From Desulfobacterales bacterium (GTDB lineage: Bacteria > Desulfobacterota > Desulfobacteria > Desulfobacterales > SpSt-501), in the NCBI GenBank assembly GCA_041736435.1, contig JBGSTS010000150.1:6124-70123 (forward strand): DNA of 64,000 nucleotides. Reading direction: 5' to 3'. Below the pieces are notes generated by a model. The model was not told the DNA's origin, searched no databases, and saw nothing but the letters and a program-made list of their open reading frames with translations. Of this stretch, positions 28,874 to 37,814 are shown piece after piece. Each line of letters begins with the position of its first letter. Within the stretch, counting starts at the first letter, position 1. The position numbers were made by a program, and so were the translations under genes.

Positions 28874-30304
28874 ATGAACATCTGCATTTCCAAAAGCCTT
28901 TCCAAGGCGGTTGTCGTTCTGGCTCTTTTTTGCTTCACCTGGACCGGCGCCCCGATTGAGTCGCACGCCTCTACATCAAGCGCCTCGGCAGACATGATGG
29001 TGCTTCCCAACTTTTCGGCGTTGGCCAAACAGGTCCAACCCGGTGTGGTCAACATCCGAACCGTGAAAACCATTAAGGGAGGCGGCCCGGTGTTTCGGCA
29101 TTTTTTCGGGCCGTTTGACCCAAGGCGCCCGCAGCCGCCCTTCGGTGAGGGTATGCCCGGCAACGAGCAGCGGCAACGCAGTCTGGGCAGCGGTTTCATC
29201 ATGGACACGGAGGGGTTCATTATCACCAACAATCATGTCGTTGAGGACGCCGACCAGATCAAGGTACGCCTATCCGACGAACGGGAGTTCGATGCCCGGA
29301 TCATCGGCCGGGACCCCAAGACCGACCTGGCGTTGATCAAGATCGACGGGAAGGATCTTTTCTCCCTGAGGCTAGGGGATTCGGACCGGCTCGAGGTCGG
29401 AAGCTGGGTGTTGGCGGTCGGCAGCCCCTTCGGATTGGAGCAGACCGTCACCGCAGGCATCGTCAGCGCCAAGGGACGTTTCATCGGGGCCGGGCCCTAT
29501 GACGATTTCATCCAGACGGATGCGTCCATCAACCCGGGCAACAGTGGTGGGCCCCTGCTCAACATGAACGGCGAGGTCGTGGGGATCAACACGGCCATCG
29601 TCGCCCAGGGTCAGGGCATCGGTTTCGCCATACCGGTCAACCTGACACGCGACATTGTGGCCCAGCTCAAGGACCACGGAAGCGTCATCCGCGGGTGGAT
29701 GGGGGTGGGGATTCAGGATCTGACCCCGGAGCTCGCCGAATACTACGGGATCAAGAATCAGAAAGGGGTGCTTGTCACCCAGGTGTTTCCCGACAACCCA
29801 GCCGAGAAAGCCGGCATTAAAACCAAGGATGTCATTGTGGCCGTCGACGGCAAGCCGGTGAGCACCGGTCGCGAACTTTCCGCAGCGGTGGCGGGGCTTC
29901 CGGTGGGCAAAGAGGTGCCAGTGAAGCTCATTCGGGATGGCAAAGCGCTTTCGGTCAAAGTGCAAATCGCCGAGCGCAAGGACGCAGAGGCGGCGGCTCC
30001 GGAAACGGGCCCGGACAGCGCGGACCTCGGTATCCGCGCGACGGATCTCACCCCCGAAACCGCTCGTCGCTTTGGAATCGATGAAGGCGAAAAAGGCGCG
30101 CTGGTCGCGGAGATCCAGCCCGGAAGCCGGGCGGAGCAAGCCGGTCTGCGGCAGGGTGATATCGTCAAAGAGGTCAACCGCAATCCCGTTCAAACAGCCG
30201 CAGAGTTGAGGACCCAGCTCGGCAAGGTGAAATCCGGCGACACCGTGCCGCTGCTTGTGAAACGGGGAGCCTCCGGATTCGTTGTTATAAAAATCACCAA
30301 GTGA
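28874..30304 (+). CDS. degP: DegP/HtrA (Do-family) periplasmic serine protease with two PDZ domains
   Basis: Catalytic motifs (TNNHVV, DLALIK, GNSGGPL). GGAGG RBS precedes ATG 28874. The upstream part of the track ORF is non-homologous. Confidence 0.85.
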   Translation: MNICISKSLSKAVVVLALFCFTWTGAPIESHASTSSASADMMVLPNFSALAKQVQPGVVNIRTVKTIKGGGPVFRHFFGPFDPRRPQPPFGEGMPGNEQRQRSLGSGFIMDTEGFIITNNHVVEDADQIKVRLSDEREFDARIIGRDPKTDLALIKIDGKDLFSLRLGDSDRLEVGSWVLAVGSPFGLEQTVTAGIVSAKGRFIGAGPYDDFIQTDASINPGNSGGPLLNMNGEVVGINTAIVAQGQGIGFAIPVNLTRDIVAQLKDHGSVIRGWMGVGIQDLTPELAEYYGIKNQKGVLVTQVFPDNPAEKAGIKTKDVIVAVDGKPVSTGRELSAAVAGLPVGKEVPVKLIRDGKALSVKVQIAERKDAEAAAPETGPDSADLGIRATDLTPETARRFGIDEGEKGALVAEIQPGSRAEQAGLRQGDIVKEVNRNPVQTAAELRTQLGKVKSGDTVPLLVKRGASGFVVIKITK

Positions 30305-30315
30305 TGAAACAGCCC

Positions 30316-30352
30316 GCTGAAGGGCACCCGGCGCCCCCGGGGGCCCTTCAGC
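30316..30352. terminator. GC-rich hairpin between convergent degP and dus (possible bidirectional terminator)
   Basis: 10-bp perfect stem GCTGAAGGGC/GCCCTTCAGC with additional inner pairing. The flanking T-run is weak. Confidence 0.45.
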
Positions 30353-30355
30353 GTT

Positions 30356-31327
30356 TCACTCCACCCACTCGGCATCTTCCTCGAAAAAGCGTGACACCAC
30401 TTCGAGGTATCTGGAGAGGTGAAACGTGCGATGAATACCCTTGCTGAGTGCGGCACCGTCCTTGAAATGAACCCCGAAGTAGGTCCAGAACCCTTTCATG
30501 CGGTCCAGCAGGTGTCCGGGGCCGCTCAGCACCTCGTGGTAGCGGCCGAAAAGGTCCTCATAAAACGCCCGGAACCGTTGGACCTTCGCGGAGGCGGTGT
30601 CCACGCCGGACGTGATAGCTTCCGGGAGAAACGGGTTGGACAAGGCGCCGCGACCGATCATCCATCCATCGACCTTCGTGAAGCGGGCCGAAATCTCCTT
30701 AAATGTGCGCAAATCTCCGATGTCCCCGTTGTAAACGACCGGGTGCCTGGAGGCCTCCAGGCAGAGATGAAAGGTGTCGAGATCCGGCGTCCCGGTATAG
30801 ACCTGCCGGGCGGTGCGCGGATGGATGATGATTTCCCGGAGAGGGTAGCTGTTCAGGGCGGGCAACAGCTCTAAGATATCCAGCGGGGAATTCAGACCGA
30901 GGCGCAGTTTTATGGAAAGCCGCCCGGGGATGGCGGGCAGAACCCTTTCCAGGAACTCCGCGACCTGCTCCGGGAAGGGAAGCAAACCCGCCCCTCGGCG
31001 TTTCTTGGTCACCGGTCGGAACGGACAGCCAAGGTTCCAGTTCACATCCGCGTAGCCCATATCGCAGAGACGGCGCCCCACGTAAATGAAATCCTCGGCG
31101 CTGTTGCCGAGGATCTGGGGCTCGATGCGCAATCGGGAGTTGCACTCGGGCAGAAGGTCCCGGAAATGCCGATCGTGAATGCGGTCGGCCGGCATCGTCG
31201 TGATGAAGGGTGCCACCGCCGCGTCGAAGCCTTTGAAATGCTCGACAAAGGTCGTGCGAAAAACAGCATCGGTGAAGCCCTGTAGCGGTGCCAGAATCAG
31301 TTTGCGTGTCTGTCGTTGGGGGAGCAT
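30356..31327 (-). CDS. tRNA-dihydrouridine synthase family protein
   Basis: Dus-like TIM-barrel sequence (LAPLQGFTD..., NLGCP). Confidence 0.75.
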   Translation of the reverse strand: MLPQRQTRKLILAPLQGFTDAVFRTTFVEHFKGFDAAVAPFITTMPADRIHDRHFRDLLPECNSRLRIEPQILGNSAEDFIYVGRRLCDMGYADVNWNLGCPFRPVTKKRRGAGLLPFPEQVAEFLERVLPAIPGRLSIKLRLGLNSPLDILELLPALNSYPLREIIIHPRTARQVYTGTPDLDTFHLCLEASRHPVVYNGDIGDLRTFKEISARFTKVDGWMIGRGALSNPFLPEAITSGVDTASAKVQRFRAFYEDLFGRYHEVLSGPGHLLDRMKGFWTYFGVHFKDGAALSKGIHRTFHLSRYLEVVSRFFEEDAEWVE

Positions 31328-31431
31328 TGCGGCACTATACCGGCGAGGCCATTTGAAGTAAACTCAAAGACTCTCCCAGGCTTTGACCCGGTTTGCACCG
31401 ATGCCTGAAATCCGGTATAGCATTCCGCAGA

Positions 31432-32835
31432 ATGCCCCTCCCGCAAAAACAAAATGACTCGCCGGACGCGGCCGAGCGTTGGTCGGCGCTGGTAGTGGCA
31501 TCGCTGGGCTCGTTTCTGACGCCCTTCTTGCTCTCTTCGGTCAACATCGCACTGCCGACCATCGGCCGGGAATTTCAAGCCGATGCCGTGCTACTGAGTT
31601 GGGTGGCCACCGCCTATCTTCTCGCCGCCGCCGTGTCGCTTCTGCCTTTCGGCAAACTCGCCGACATCCATGGCCGTAAAAAGGTGCAGCTGTTCGGAAT
31701 GGTGCTCTTCACCCTCTCTTCCTGCCTCGCCGGGATGGCGGGATCCGTGGAGACGTTGATTGTGTCCCGGGTTTTTCAGGGGGTGGGGATCGCGATGATC
31801 TTCGCTACGGGCATTGCCATCCTGGCCTCGGTTTTTTCGGTCGGCGAGCGCGGCCGGGTGCTGGGCATCACGGTGGCGGCGGTCTACTCCGGACTGGCCT
31901 GCGGACCGTTTGCGGGCGGCTGGTTGACCCAGCACTTTTCGTGGCGTGCGGTCTTCCTGATAAGCGCCCCGATGGGGCTGGTGCCGATCGGATTGATCCT
32001 CTGGAAGCTCAAAGGCGAATGGGCAGACGCCCGCGGGGAATCCTTCGACCTCATCGGCTCGCTGATCTATGGCAGCGCTGTCGTCGCTTTTATGGTCGGG
32101 GCTTCGGGCCTGCCGAGTCCCCGGAGCGCGGTCTTGGTCCTGGGCGGGTTGATCGCCTTCGGCGCGTTTGCGTGGTGGGAGCTGCGGGTGCGAAACCCTG
32201 TGTTCGAGGTACGCCTGTTCATCCACAACCGCGTGTTTGCCTTTTCATGTCTGGCGGCCCTCATCCACTACAGCGCGACCTTCGGCGTGACATTTCTCAT
32301 CAGCCTGTTTCTTCAGTACGTTCAGGGGCTGTCGCCTCAGGGCGCGGGGTTGGTCATGATCGCCCAGCCGGTCATGATGGCCGTCTTCTCCCCATTCGCC
32401 GGCAGGCTCTCCGATCGGGTCGAGCCGCGGGTGATCGCCTCCCTCGGCATGGGGATCACGGCTGCGGGGCTGCTGCTGCTGTGTGCGGTATCCGCGGGCA
32501 CGAGCACCACGTTTATCGTCGCCTGCCTGACGTTGCTGGGCTGCGGGTTCGGGTTGTTTTCATCCCCCAACATGAACGCCATCATGGGCTCGGTTGAGCG
32601 AAAGCATTACGGAATCGCCTCCGGGTCGGTGGGCACGATGCGGCTGTTGGGGCAGATTTTGTCGATGGCCATCGCGACGGTGATGTTCGCCATCTTTCTC
32701 GGCCGGGTGCAGATCACCCCTGAACACCAACCGGCGTTTATTCACAGTGTGCGCATGGCTCTCTTCGTGTTTTCCGGGCTATGCCTTTGCGGGGTCTATT
32801 TCTCGTTGTCACGGGGCCGCCTGCATGAACCGTGA
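31432..32835 (+). CDS. MFS transporter, 14-TM drug:H+ antiporter (DHA2/EmrB-like)
   Basis: Multiple TM helices and MFS motifs (GKLADIHGRKK). Start placed at ATG 31432. Confidence 0.8.
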   Translation: MPLPQKQNDSPDAAERWSALVVASLGSFLTPFLLSSVNIALPTIGREFQADAVLLSWVATAYLLAAAVSLLPFGKLADIHGRKKVQLFGMVLFTLSSCLAGMAGSVETLIVSRVFQGVGIAMIFATGIAILASVFSVGERGRVLGITVAAVYSGLACGPFAGGWLTQHFSWRAVFLISAPMGLVPIGLILWKLKGEWADARGESFDLIGSLIYGSAVVAFMVGASGLPSPRSAVLVLGGLIAFGAFAWWELRVRNPVFEVRLFIHNRVFAFSCLAALIHYSATFGVTFLISLFLQYVQGLSPQGAGLVMIAQPVMMAVFSPFAGRLSDRVEPRVIASLGMGITAAGLLLLCAVSAGTSTTFIVACLTLLGCGFGLFSSPNMNAIMGSVERKHYGIASGSVGTMRLLGQILSMAIATVMFAIFLGRVQITPEHQPAFIHSVRMALFVFSGLCLCGVYFSLSRGRLHEP

Positions 32836-32873
32836 CCGTTGCCCCGGGCTCTTCCGAACACGTTTTCAGAGCG

Positions 32874-33455
32874 CTACGATGCGTTCCCCTTCAGTCCGAT
32901 ATCCCCGGCTACGGTCCGCATTCCGCGTATCGTTTCACTAATAAGATCGGTCAGGTCCATCCCCAGCATCGCCGCCCCCTTCTCGATGATGGAACGATTA
33001 ACACCGGCGGCAAAGCGCTTGTCCTTCCACTTCTTCTTCACGGATGCGGCCTCCATATCGAGCACGCTTCTTGATGGCCGAACCAAGGCTGCGGTCGCGA
33101 CCAGGCCGGTGAGTTCATCGACGGCAAAGAGTGTTTTTTCCAGCTCGCTGCGGGGCTCGACCTCAGAGCAAATTCCCCAGCCATGGCTTACCACAGCCCG
33201 GATGATTTCTTCCGGCCATTGCCGCTGGCGCAGAATCTCTTCGGTCTTGCGGCAATGCTGGTCGGGGAATTGGTCATAGTCCAAGTCATGGACGAGGCCG
33301 ACGACTCCCCATTTTTCCTCGTCCTGACCCCGCTGCCGGGCAAAGTGGCGCATGACCGCCTCGACCGAAAGCGCATGCTTGATCAGGCTTTCGCTTCGAT
33401 TGAACTCCTTAAGAAGCGCAAGCGCATCCTCGCGTGTCGGTGTGTCAGAATCCAT
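32874..33455 (-). CDS. HD domain phosphohydrolase (193 aa)
   Basis: HALSVE...LVHDLDY HD motif. GGGAGGG RBS precedes ATG 33455. The longer track ORF is an artefactual extension. Confidence 0.75.
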   Translation of the reverse strand: MDSDTPTREDALALLKEFNRSESLIKHALSVEAVMRHFARQRGQDEEKWGVVGLVHDLDYDQFPDQHCRKTEEILRQRQWPEEIIRAVVSHGWGICSEVEPRSELEKTLFAVDELTGLVATAALVRPSRSVLDMEAASVKKKWKDKRFAAGVNRSIIEKGAAMLGMDLTDLISETIRGMRTVAGDIGLKGNAS

Positions 33456-33662
33456 CCACCCTCCCGGGCGACACTCCGTCCTGGTGTGTCGGAGATGCGC
33501 ATGCCGGCCGGCTTGCCGCACGCACTCTTCCGCGAGCTTATGCCGGGGACCCAGGCATTTGTCAAGCCGGCGGCATGGGCTTCGCCTTTGCTCTTGATCC
33601 TTCGGCCTGCGCCGGTTATTCTCTCGCCGCGTTGTAAAAAAATGGGTACCAAGGAGGCTCGA

Positions 33663-34463
33663 ATGAGCGATCAAAACAAACCGGGAATCGATGACCTGAT
33701 CGGGTTTGGCATGGATTTCATCCACCAGGCCGGCGAAAAAGCCATGCTGTTTTACGGCAAAGGCAGGCCCCAAGTGAAATTCGACCAGGGGGTGGTCACC
33801 GAGGCCGAGATTCAACTGACCGAATTTTTCAAGGTGCAGCTTCACCGGCATTTTCCCGGGCACAGGCTTTTCAGCGTGGACGCGGTCAATGAGGAGTACT
33901 CACACGAAGGCAAACGCTACCTGTGGGCCTTCGACCCGTTGGAGGGGGTCGCCAATTTTCAAGCGGGAATTCCCCTGTGGGGGCTTTCAATGGCCTTGCT
34001 GGAGAACTTCTGGCCGGTGTTCGGGGTCTTTTTTATGCCGGCGACGGGGGATCTCTTCCACGCGCGTGCAGGCTGCTGCGCCTACTGGGGCCGGCGCGAA
34101 ATCACCATTCCCGGTTCCGACGGGATCAACGACGAAAGCGTGCTGTTGACCTATTCGCGTTTTCACCAACATTACCACTGCTCTTTTCCCGGGAAGATCC
34201 GCTCGCTCGGATGCACCTCCGCCCACATCTGCTACGTTGCCATGGGACGGGCCGACGCCGCCCTGATCGCCAACGAATCGTTTCAGGGACTTGCGGCCGC
34301 GCGGGTCATCGTCGAAGCGGCCGGCGGCATGTTTTCCAAGACAGACGGCAGCGAGTTCTACCTGAACGAGTACTTGAACGGGCAAAAAATCGACGACCAC
34401 CTGATCGTCGCCGCCCCGGACAACTTGGCCCTGGTGCGCGCATGCCTCGACCGGGTGGAATAG
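33663..34463 (+). CDS. Inositol monophosphatase/FBPase family protein
   Basis: The WAFDPLEG motif region is typical of the IMPase fold. AAGGAGG RBS precedes ATG 33663. Confidence 0.75.
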   Translation: MSDQNKPGIDDLIGFGMDFIHQAGEKAMLFYGKGRPQVKFDQGVVTEAEIQLTEFFKVQLHRHFPGHRLFSVDAVNEEYSHEGKRYLWAFDPLEGVANFQAGIPLWGLSMALLENFWPVFGVFFMPATGDLFHARAGCCAYWGRREITIPGSDGINDESVLLTYSRFHQHYHCSFPGKIRSLGCTSAHICYVAMGRADAALIANESFQGLAAARVIVEAAGGMFSKTDGSEFYLNEYLNGQKIDDHLIVAAPDNLALVRACLDRVE

Positions 34464-34536
34464 CCAGACCGCCTGAGCGGGGGTACTGGAGCCCGCTGGT
34501 TGTCCGGAATGGCGAGGGCTTCAAGGAGGCTGCCCT

Positions 34537-36660
34537 TTGAGAATTCGCTTGAAGCTGTTTCTGCTCCTTATCGTCTTCAGCCTTGTTCCGCTCATCGTGG
34601 TGACCATCATCAACCAATACGAAACCCGGCGGATGGGGGGCGTCATTTCTGAAAATGTGGGGCAGACTTTCACAGAGATTGCCGATGGCGTTCTCAGGCT
34701 GACGGCCGAAAAGTCGGCCAAGTCGCTTGCCATCAGCAAAATCGCGATCGAATTTGCACTGATGGGGTTGGTCGAAGCGGCTGAGGCCGCTCTGGCACGC
34801 GAGCCGTTGCCTCCCGTGCAGGTTTATTTCTCCCGGGATTTCGACGACGGACCGATGGCTCCGCCGGATTCCGGACCGCCTCCGGCGGCCACCTTGCCCC
34901 CCTTCGACGCGCCCGGCTCAGCACCCGGTTTGAGTTATGACCACCCTTCGTTTTTGCTGCCCCCTGGAGCCTTGAGAGCCGAGTTCGATGACGATATCGG
35001 CCGGCTGTCGACCCTTACCGGTTATTTGCAGAAATGCATCGATCGTTTAGGGAAAACGATGCTCTGGTCCTATGTCAGCCTGGAAAACGGGCTGCACGTG
35101 GCCTACCCAGGGCACGGGGGATACCCTCCCGGCTATGACCCGCGCCGGCGGCCTTGGTACCAGGGAGCCACGGATACTGCTGAATGGAGCTTTCCCCTGG
35201 TGGACGCCACGACGGGCCAGGTGATCATAACCGCCTCCAAACAGATCCGGCGGATAGACGGCACCCTGGCCGGGGTGGCTGCCATAGACGTTCTCATCAG
35301 CGAAGTGCTTCAGGTCGAGGACTTGTCGTCTGTCTGGACCTCGGAGATGCGTTCTTTTCTGGTCACCACCCATCCCACCCCCCGGACGCCATCCCCCGGG
35401 GTAGTGATCATCGCGCAGATGAATTACCAGGCGGCGGCCCCCTCCTGGGAGGGAGCCTTACGACCGGAGATGCTGGCCTCCGATAATTCAGAGCGGTTCA
35501 CCCGCCTGACACGCGCAATCGAGGGCGGTAAATCCGGGTACCTGGAGATGCCCTACGGGGGAATCGACTCGATCTGGGCCTACGCCCCGATCGGTAAGAA
35601 AACAGCTTTTCTCATTATCGTCCCCACGTCGCTGATCGATAGGTTCAAGGAAAAAAACCTCGAGGTCGTACGAAAATACACCAATGAGGAACTGGTGGCT
35701 ACTGCCGTCGCCGCGCTTGTCCTGATTGCGCTCGTGATACTGGCCGCTTTTTTCGGCTCGCGCAACGTCACGCATCCCATCCTCGCCATGGCCTCTGCCG
35801 CCGAGCGTTTGAGCGGAGGCGACTTCTCAACGCGCATCCGCCTCAAAACCGGTGACGAGCGCGACCAGGTCATCCACGCCTTCAACGAAATGGTTCCCCG
35901 CCTGGAGGACAACCTGCGGCTGAAGGAATCGCTCAGGTTGGCGACCGAAGTGCAGCAGAATCTGCTGCCCAGGAAAGACCCCTGCGTACCGGGGCTGGAC
36001 ATCTCCGGTATCAGCCTCTACTGCGATGAAACCGGGGGGGACTATTTTGATTTCCTGGACATCCGTGCAGACCGGCCCGGAAAGGCAAGCATCGCGGTCG
36101 GGGATGTCTCGGGCCACGGGTTGTATTCCGCGTTGCTGATGACCTCGGCCCGAGCCTCACTGCGCCTTCGTTCCGACATGCCCGGAACCCTGTCGGAGAT
36201 CATCGCCGACGTGAACCGCCAGTTCTGCCAGGATGTGGCCGATTCCGGCGCTTTTATGACCTTGTTCTATCTTGTTGTCGATTCCAAACGGCAGGCGTTG
36301 AACTGGGTGCGGGCCGGCCACGATCCGGCGATAGTGTACGACCCGGCGGCGGACCGGTTTGAGAAGCTCTCCGGCCAGGGAGCCGCCCTTGGGCTGTCGC
36401 CGGGGATGGTTTTTGAGGAAAATGAAAAACGGGGCGTCCGCCGGGGGCAAATCGTGTTTGTCGGAACCGACGGTATTTGGGAAACCATCGACCCCCAGGG
36501 CCGTATGTTCGGCCGGGAGCGACTGTACGAAATTCTACGACGCCACCACACTCTCACCGCCCGGCAGATCGTAGCGCTGGTCACTCAAAAACTGGAGACC
36601 TTCCGTCGACCTCTTCGGGCGGCAGATGACATTACCATGGTGGTGGTGAAGATGATGTGA
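34537..36660 (+). CDS. Membrane sensor phosphatase: periplasmic Cache-like domain, HAMP, PP2C/SpoIIE domain
   Basis: Two TM helices flank a ~350-aa periplasmic region. A HAMP segment follows TM2. The C-terminal SpoIIE-type domain has GGDYFDF and DVSGHG. TTG start with AAGGAGG RBS. Confidence 0.8.
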   Translation: MRIRLKLFLLLIVFSLVPLIVVTIINQYETRRMGGVISENVGQTFTEIADGVLRLTAEKSAKSLAISKIAIEFALMGLVEAAEAALAREPLPPVQVYFSRDFDDGPMAPPDSGPPPAATLPPFDAPGSAPGLSYDHPSFLLPPGALRAEFDDDIGRLSTLTGYLQKCIDRLGKTMLWSYVSLENGLHVAYPGHGGYPPGYDPRRRPWYQGATDTAEWSFPLVDATTGQVIITASKQIRRIDGTLAGVAAIDVLISEVLQVEDLSSVWTSEMRSFLVTTHPTPRTPSPGVVIIAQMNYQAAAPSWEGALRPEMLASDNSERFTRLTRAIEGGKSGYLEMPYGGIDSIWAYAPIGKKTAFLIIVPTSLIDRFKEKNLEVVRKYTNEELVATAVAALVLIALVILAAFFGSRNVTHPILAMASAAERLSGGDFSTRIRLKTGDERDQVIHAFNEMVPRLEDNLRLKESLRLATEVQQNLLPRKDPCVPGLDISGISLYCDETGGDYFDFLDIRADRPGKASIAVGDVSGHGLYSALLMTSARASLRLRSDMPGTLSEIIADVNRQFCQDVADSGAFMTLFYLVVDSKRQALNWVRAGHDPAIVYDPAADRFEKLSGQGAALGLSPGMVFEENEKRGVRRGQIVFVGTDGIWETIDPQGRMFGRERLYEILRRHHTLTARQIVALVTQKLETFRRPLRAADDITMVVVKMM

Positions 36661-36690
36661 CGAATCGCCGACATTCTCAGCCATGCGAAG

Positions 36691-37284
36691 CTAAAATTCT
36701 TCAATGACATCCCCTTTCTCCACGAAGGTTTCAATGCCTCTGCAGGTATTTTCAAAATTGGCCATGGCCGATTCCAGCCAGCCCGTTACCGGGTCCTCAT
36801 CACCAAGTTGCTCCCGGGCTTGTGCGAGCAGGTTTTGCCCCCTCTCCATTTGATCTCGAATCTCTTTGAGCAAGTTCTTACGACGCCGGTGCTTTTCACG
36901 TTCCCGTTCGATGACCGGAAGCAGCCGCTGAATAGAGTACTCCACCAAGGCGTCCCGGGGGGTTCTGAACTGGCGCGAGATGTCCTCTAAACAATTCAGG
37001 GTGCGCCGGCTGATCACGAATGTTTTCTGCACGCGCTCCAGTGCTCTGAAATCCTCGGCCTCCACATCCTTGGCGATGAAGTTGAGCGACTGGGCGTCTT
37101 CAATCAGGTGATCAAAAAGGCTTTTCTGCTTGATGCCCAAGTGAACGGCGACGATACTCAGGGCCTCGATGGCGCGGCTGGAAAGCTTGAAAGTGGCCCG
37201 AACCGACTGCCTACCCCGCAAATCCTGGGCCTCCGGTTGACTCAATCCATGGCTCTCGCCGGGTCGATTTTTTTTGCTGTTCAT
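36691..37284 (-). CDS. Hypothetical protein (~197 aa), family not recognised
   Basis: ORF with normal composition. ATG 37284 is preceded by GAGGAA; the track start at 37305 is GTG. The C-terminal half is predicted helical and charged. Confidence 0.55.
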   Translation of the reverse strand: MNSKKNRPGESHGLSQPEAQDLRGRQSVRATFKLSSRAIEALSIVAVHLGIKQKSLFDHLIEDAQSLNFIAKDVEAEDFRALERVQKTFVISRRTLNCLEDISRQFRTPRDALVEYSIQRLLPVIEREREKHRRRKNLLKEIRDQMERGQNLLAQAREQLGDEDPVTGWLESAMANFENTCRGIETFVEKGDVIEEF

Positions 37285-37437
37285 TTTTTTGGATTCCTCA
37301 CCCACAATTTAATTACTTTAAGCACTTATATGATAAAGGGTAATGATACTATTTTGATAAAATTAATATTCGACACATTATCTCAACTAACAGGCAAAAT
37401 AATAATAGATGAAATACCGTAAAAAACAAGCCATAAG

Positions 37438-37626
37438 ATGAAAGGAGCGCGCAAGCATGGGCGCGAGGTGAAAGAGGAACGCTTTTACCGCAAGGAAAGT
37501 TCCAAGGGGTCGTTCGTGCGTTTGTTCGCCCTGCCGGGTGATGTGAAAGCTGAACAAATCTCGGTTGAGTTCAAGCACGGTGTCCTGACGATCGAAATGC
37601 CCAGGCCCGAAAGCCGCAAGCTATAA
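37438..37626 (+). pseudogene. Hsp20/alpha-crystallin remnant (C-terminal third only)
   Basis: ..GSFVRLFALPGDVKAEQISVEFKHGVLTIEMPR.. matches the last strands of an alpha-crystallin domain. The frame is closed at 37420 and the upstream sequence is AT-rich non-coding. Confidence 0.6.
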
Positions 37627-37648
37627 CAGATGCCTGCCAACTAATGAC

Positions 37649-37687
37649 CAGCGACACCGGGATCCGCCGGTGCCGCTGCTTTTTTTA
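37649..37687 (+). terminator. Rho-independent terminator
   Basis: 12-bp stem (11 pairs) CAGCGACACCGG/CCGGTGCCGCTG, a 6-nt loop, then a T-run (CTTTTTTT). Confidence 0.8.
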
Positions 37688-37814
37688 CCGCTGGGTCGTC
37701 AAACGACCTGCCCCCTGATTTACAAATCTGAATCCGTTGTTATGTTATAGTGTTACATAAAATGTTAAAGCAAATTTTTTCAACTTAGAGTGCATCCCCT
37801 ATATAGCTGGTGCG

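Noticed and set aside
29905-29930. Sigma-54-like TGGCAC-CTCTT-TGCC on the minus strand
   Set aside because: The GG-to-GC spacing is one nt short. It lies inside degP in antisense orientation, with no downstream gene to serve.
37317-37800. CIRCE-like half sites (TTAAGCACTT near 37318; TTAGAGTGCA near 37787) flanking the Hsp20 remnant
   Set aside because: The halves are ~470 nt apart, each is imperfect, and no 9-nt-spaced inverted repeat exists. The evidence is not sufficient for an HrcA operator.
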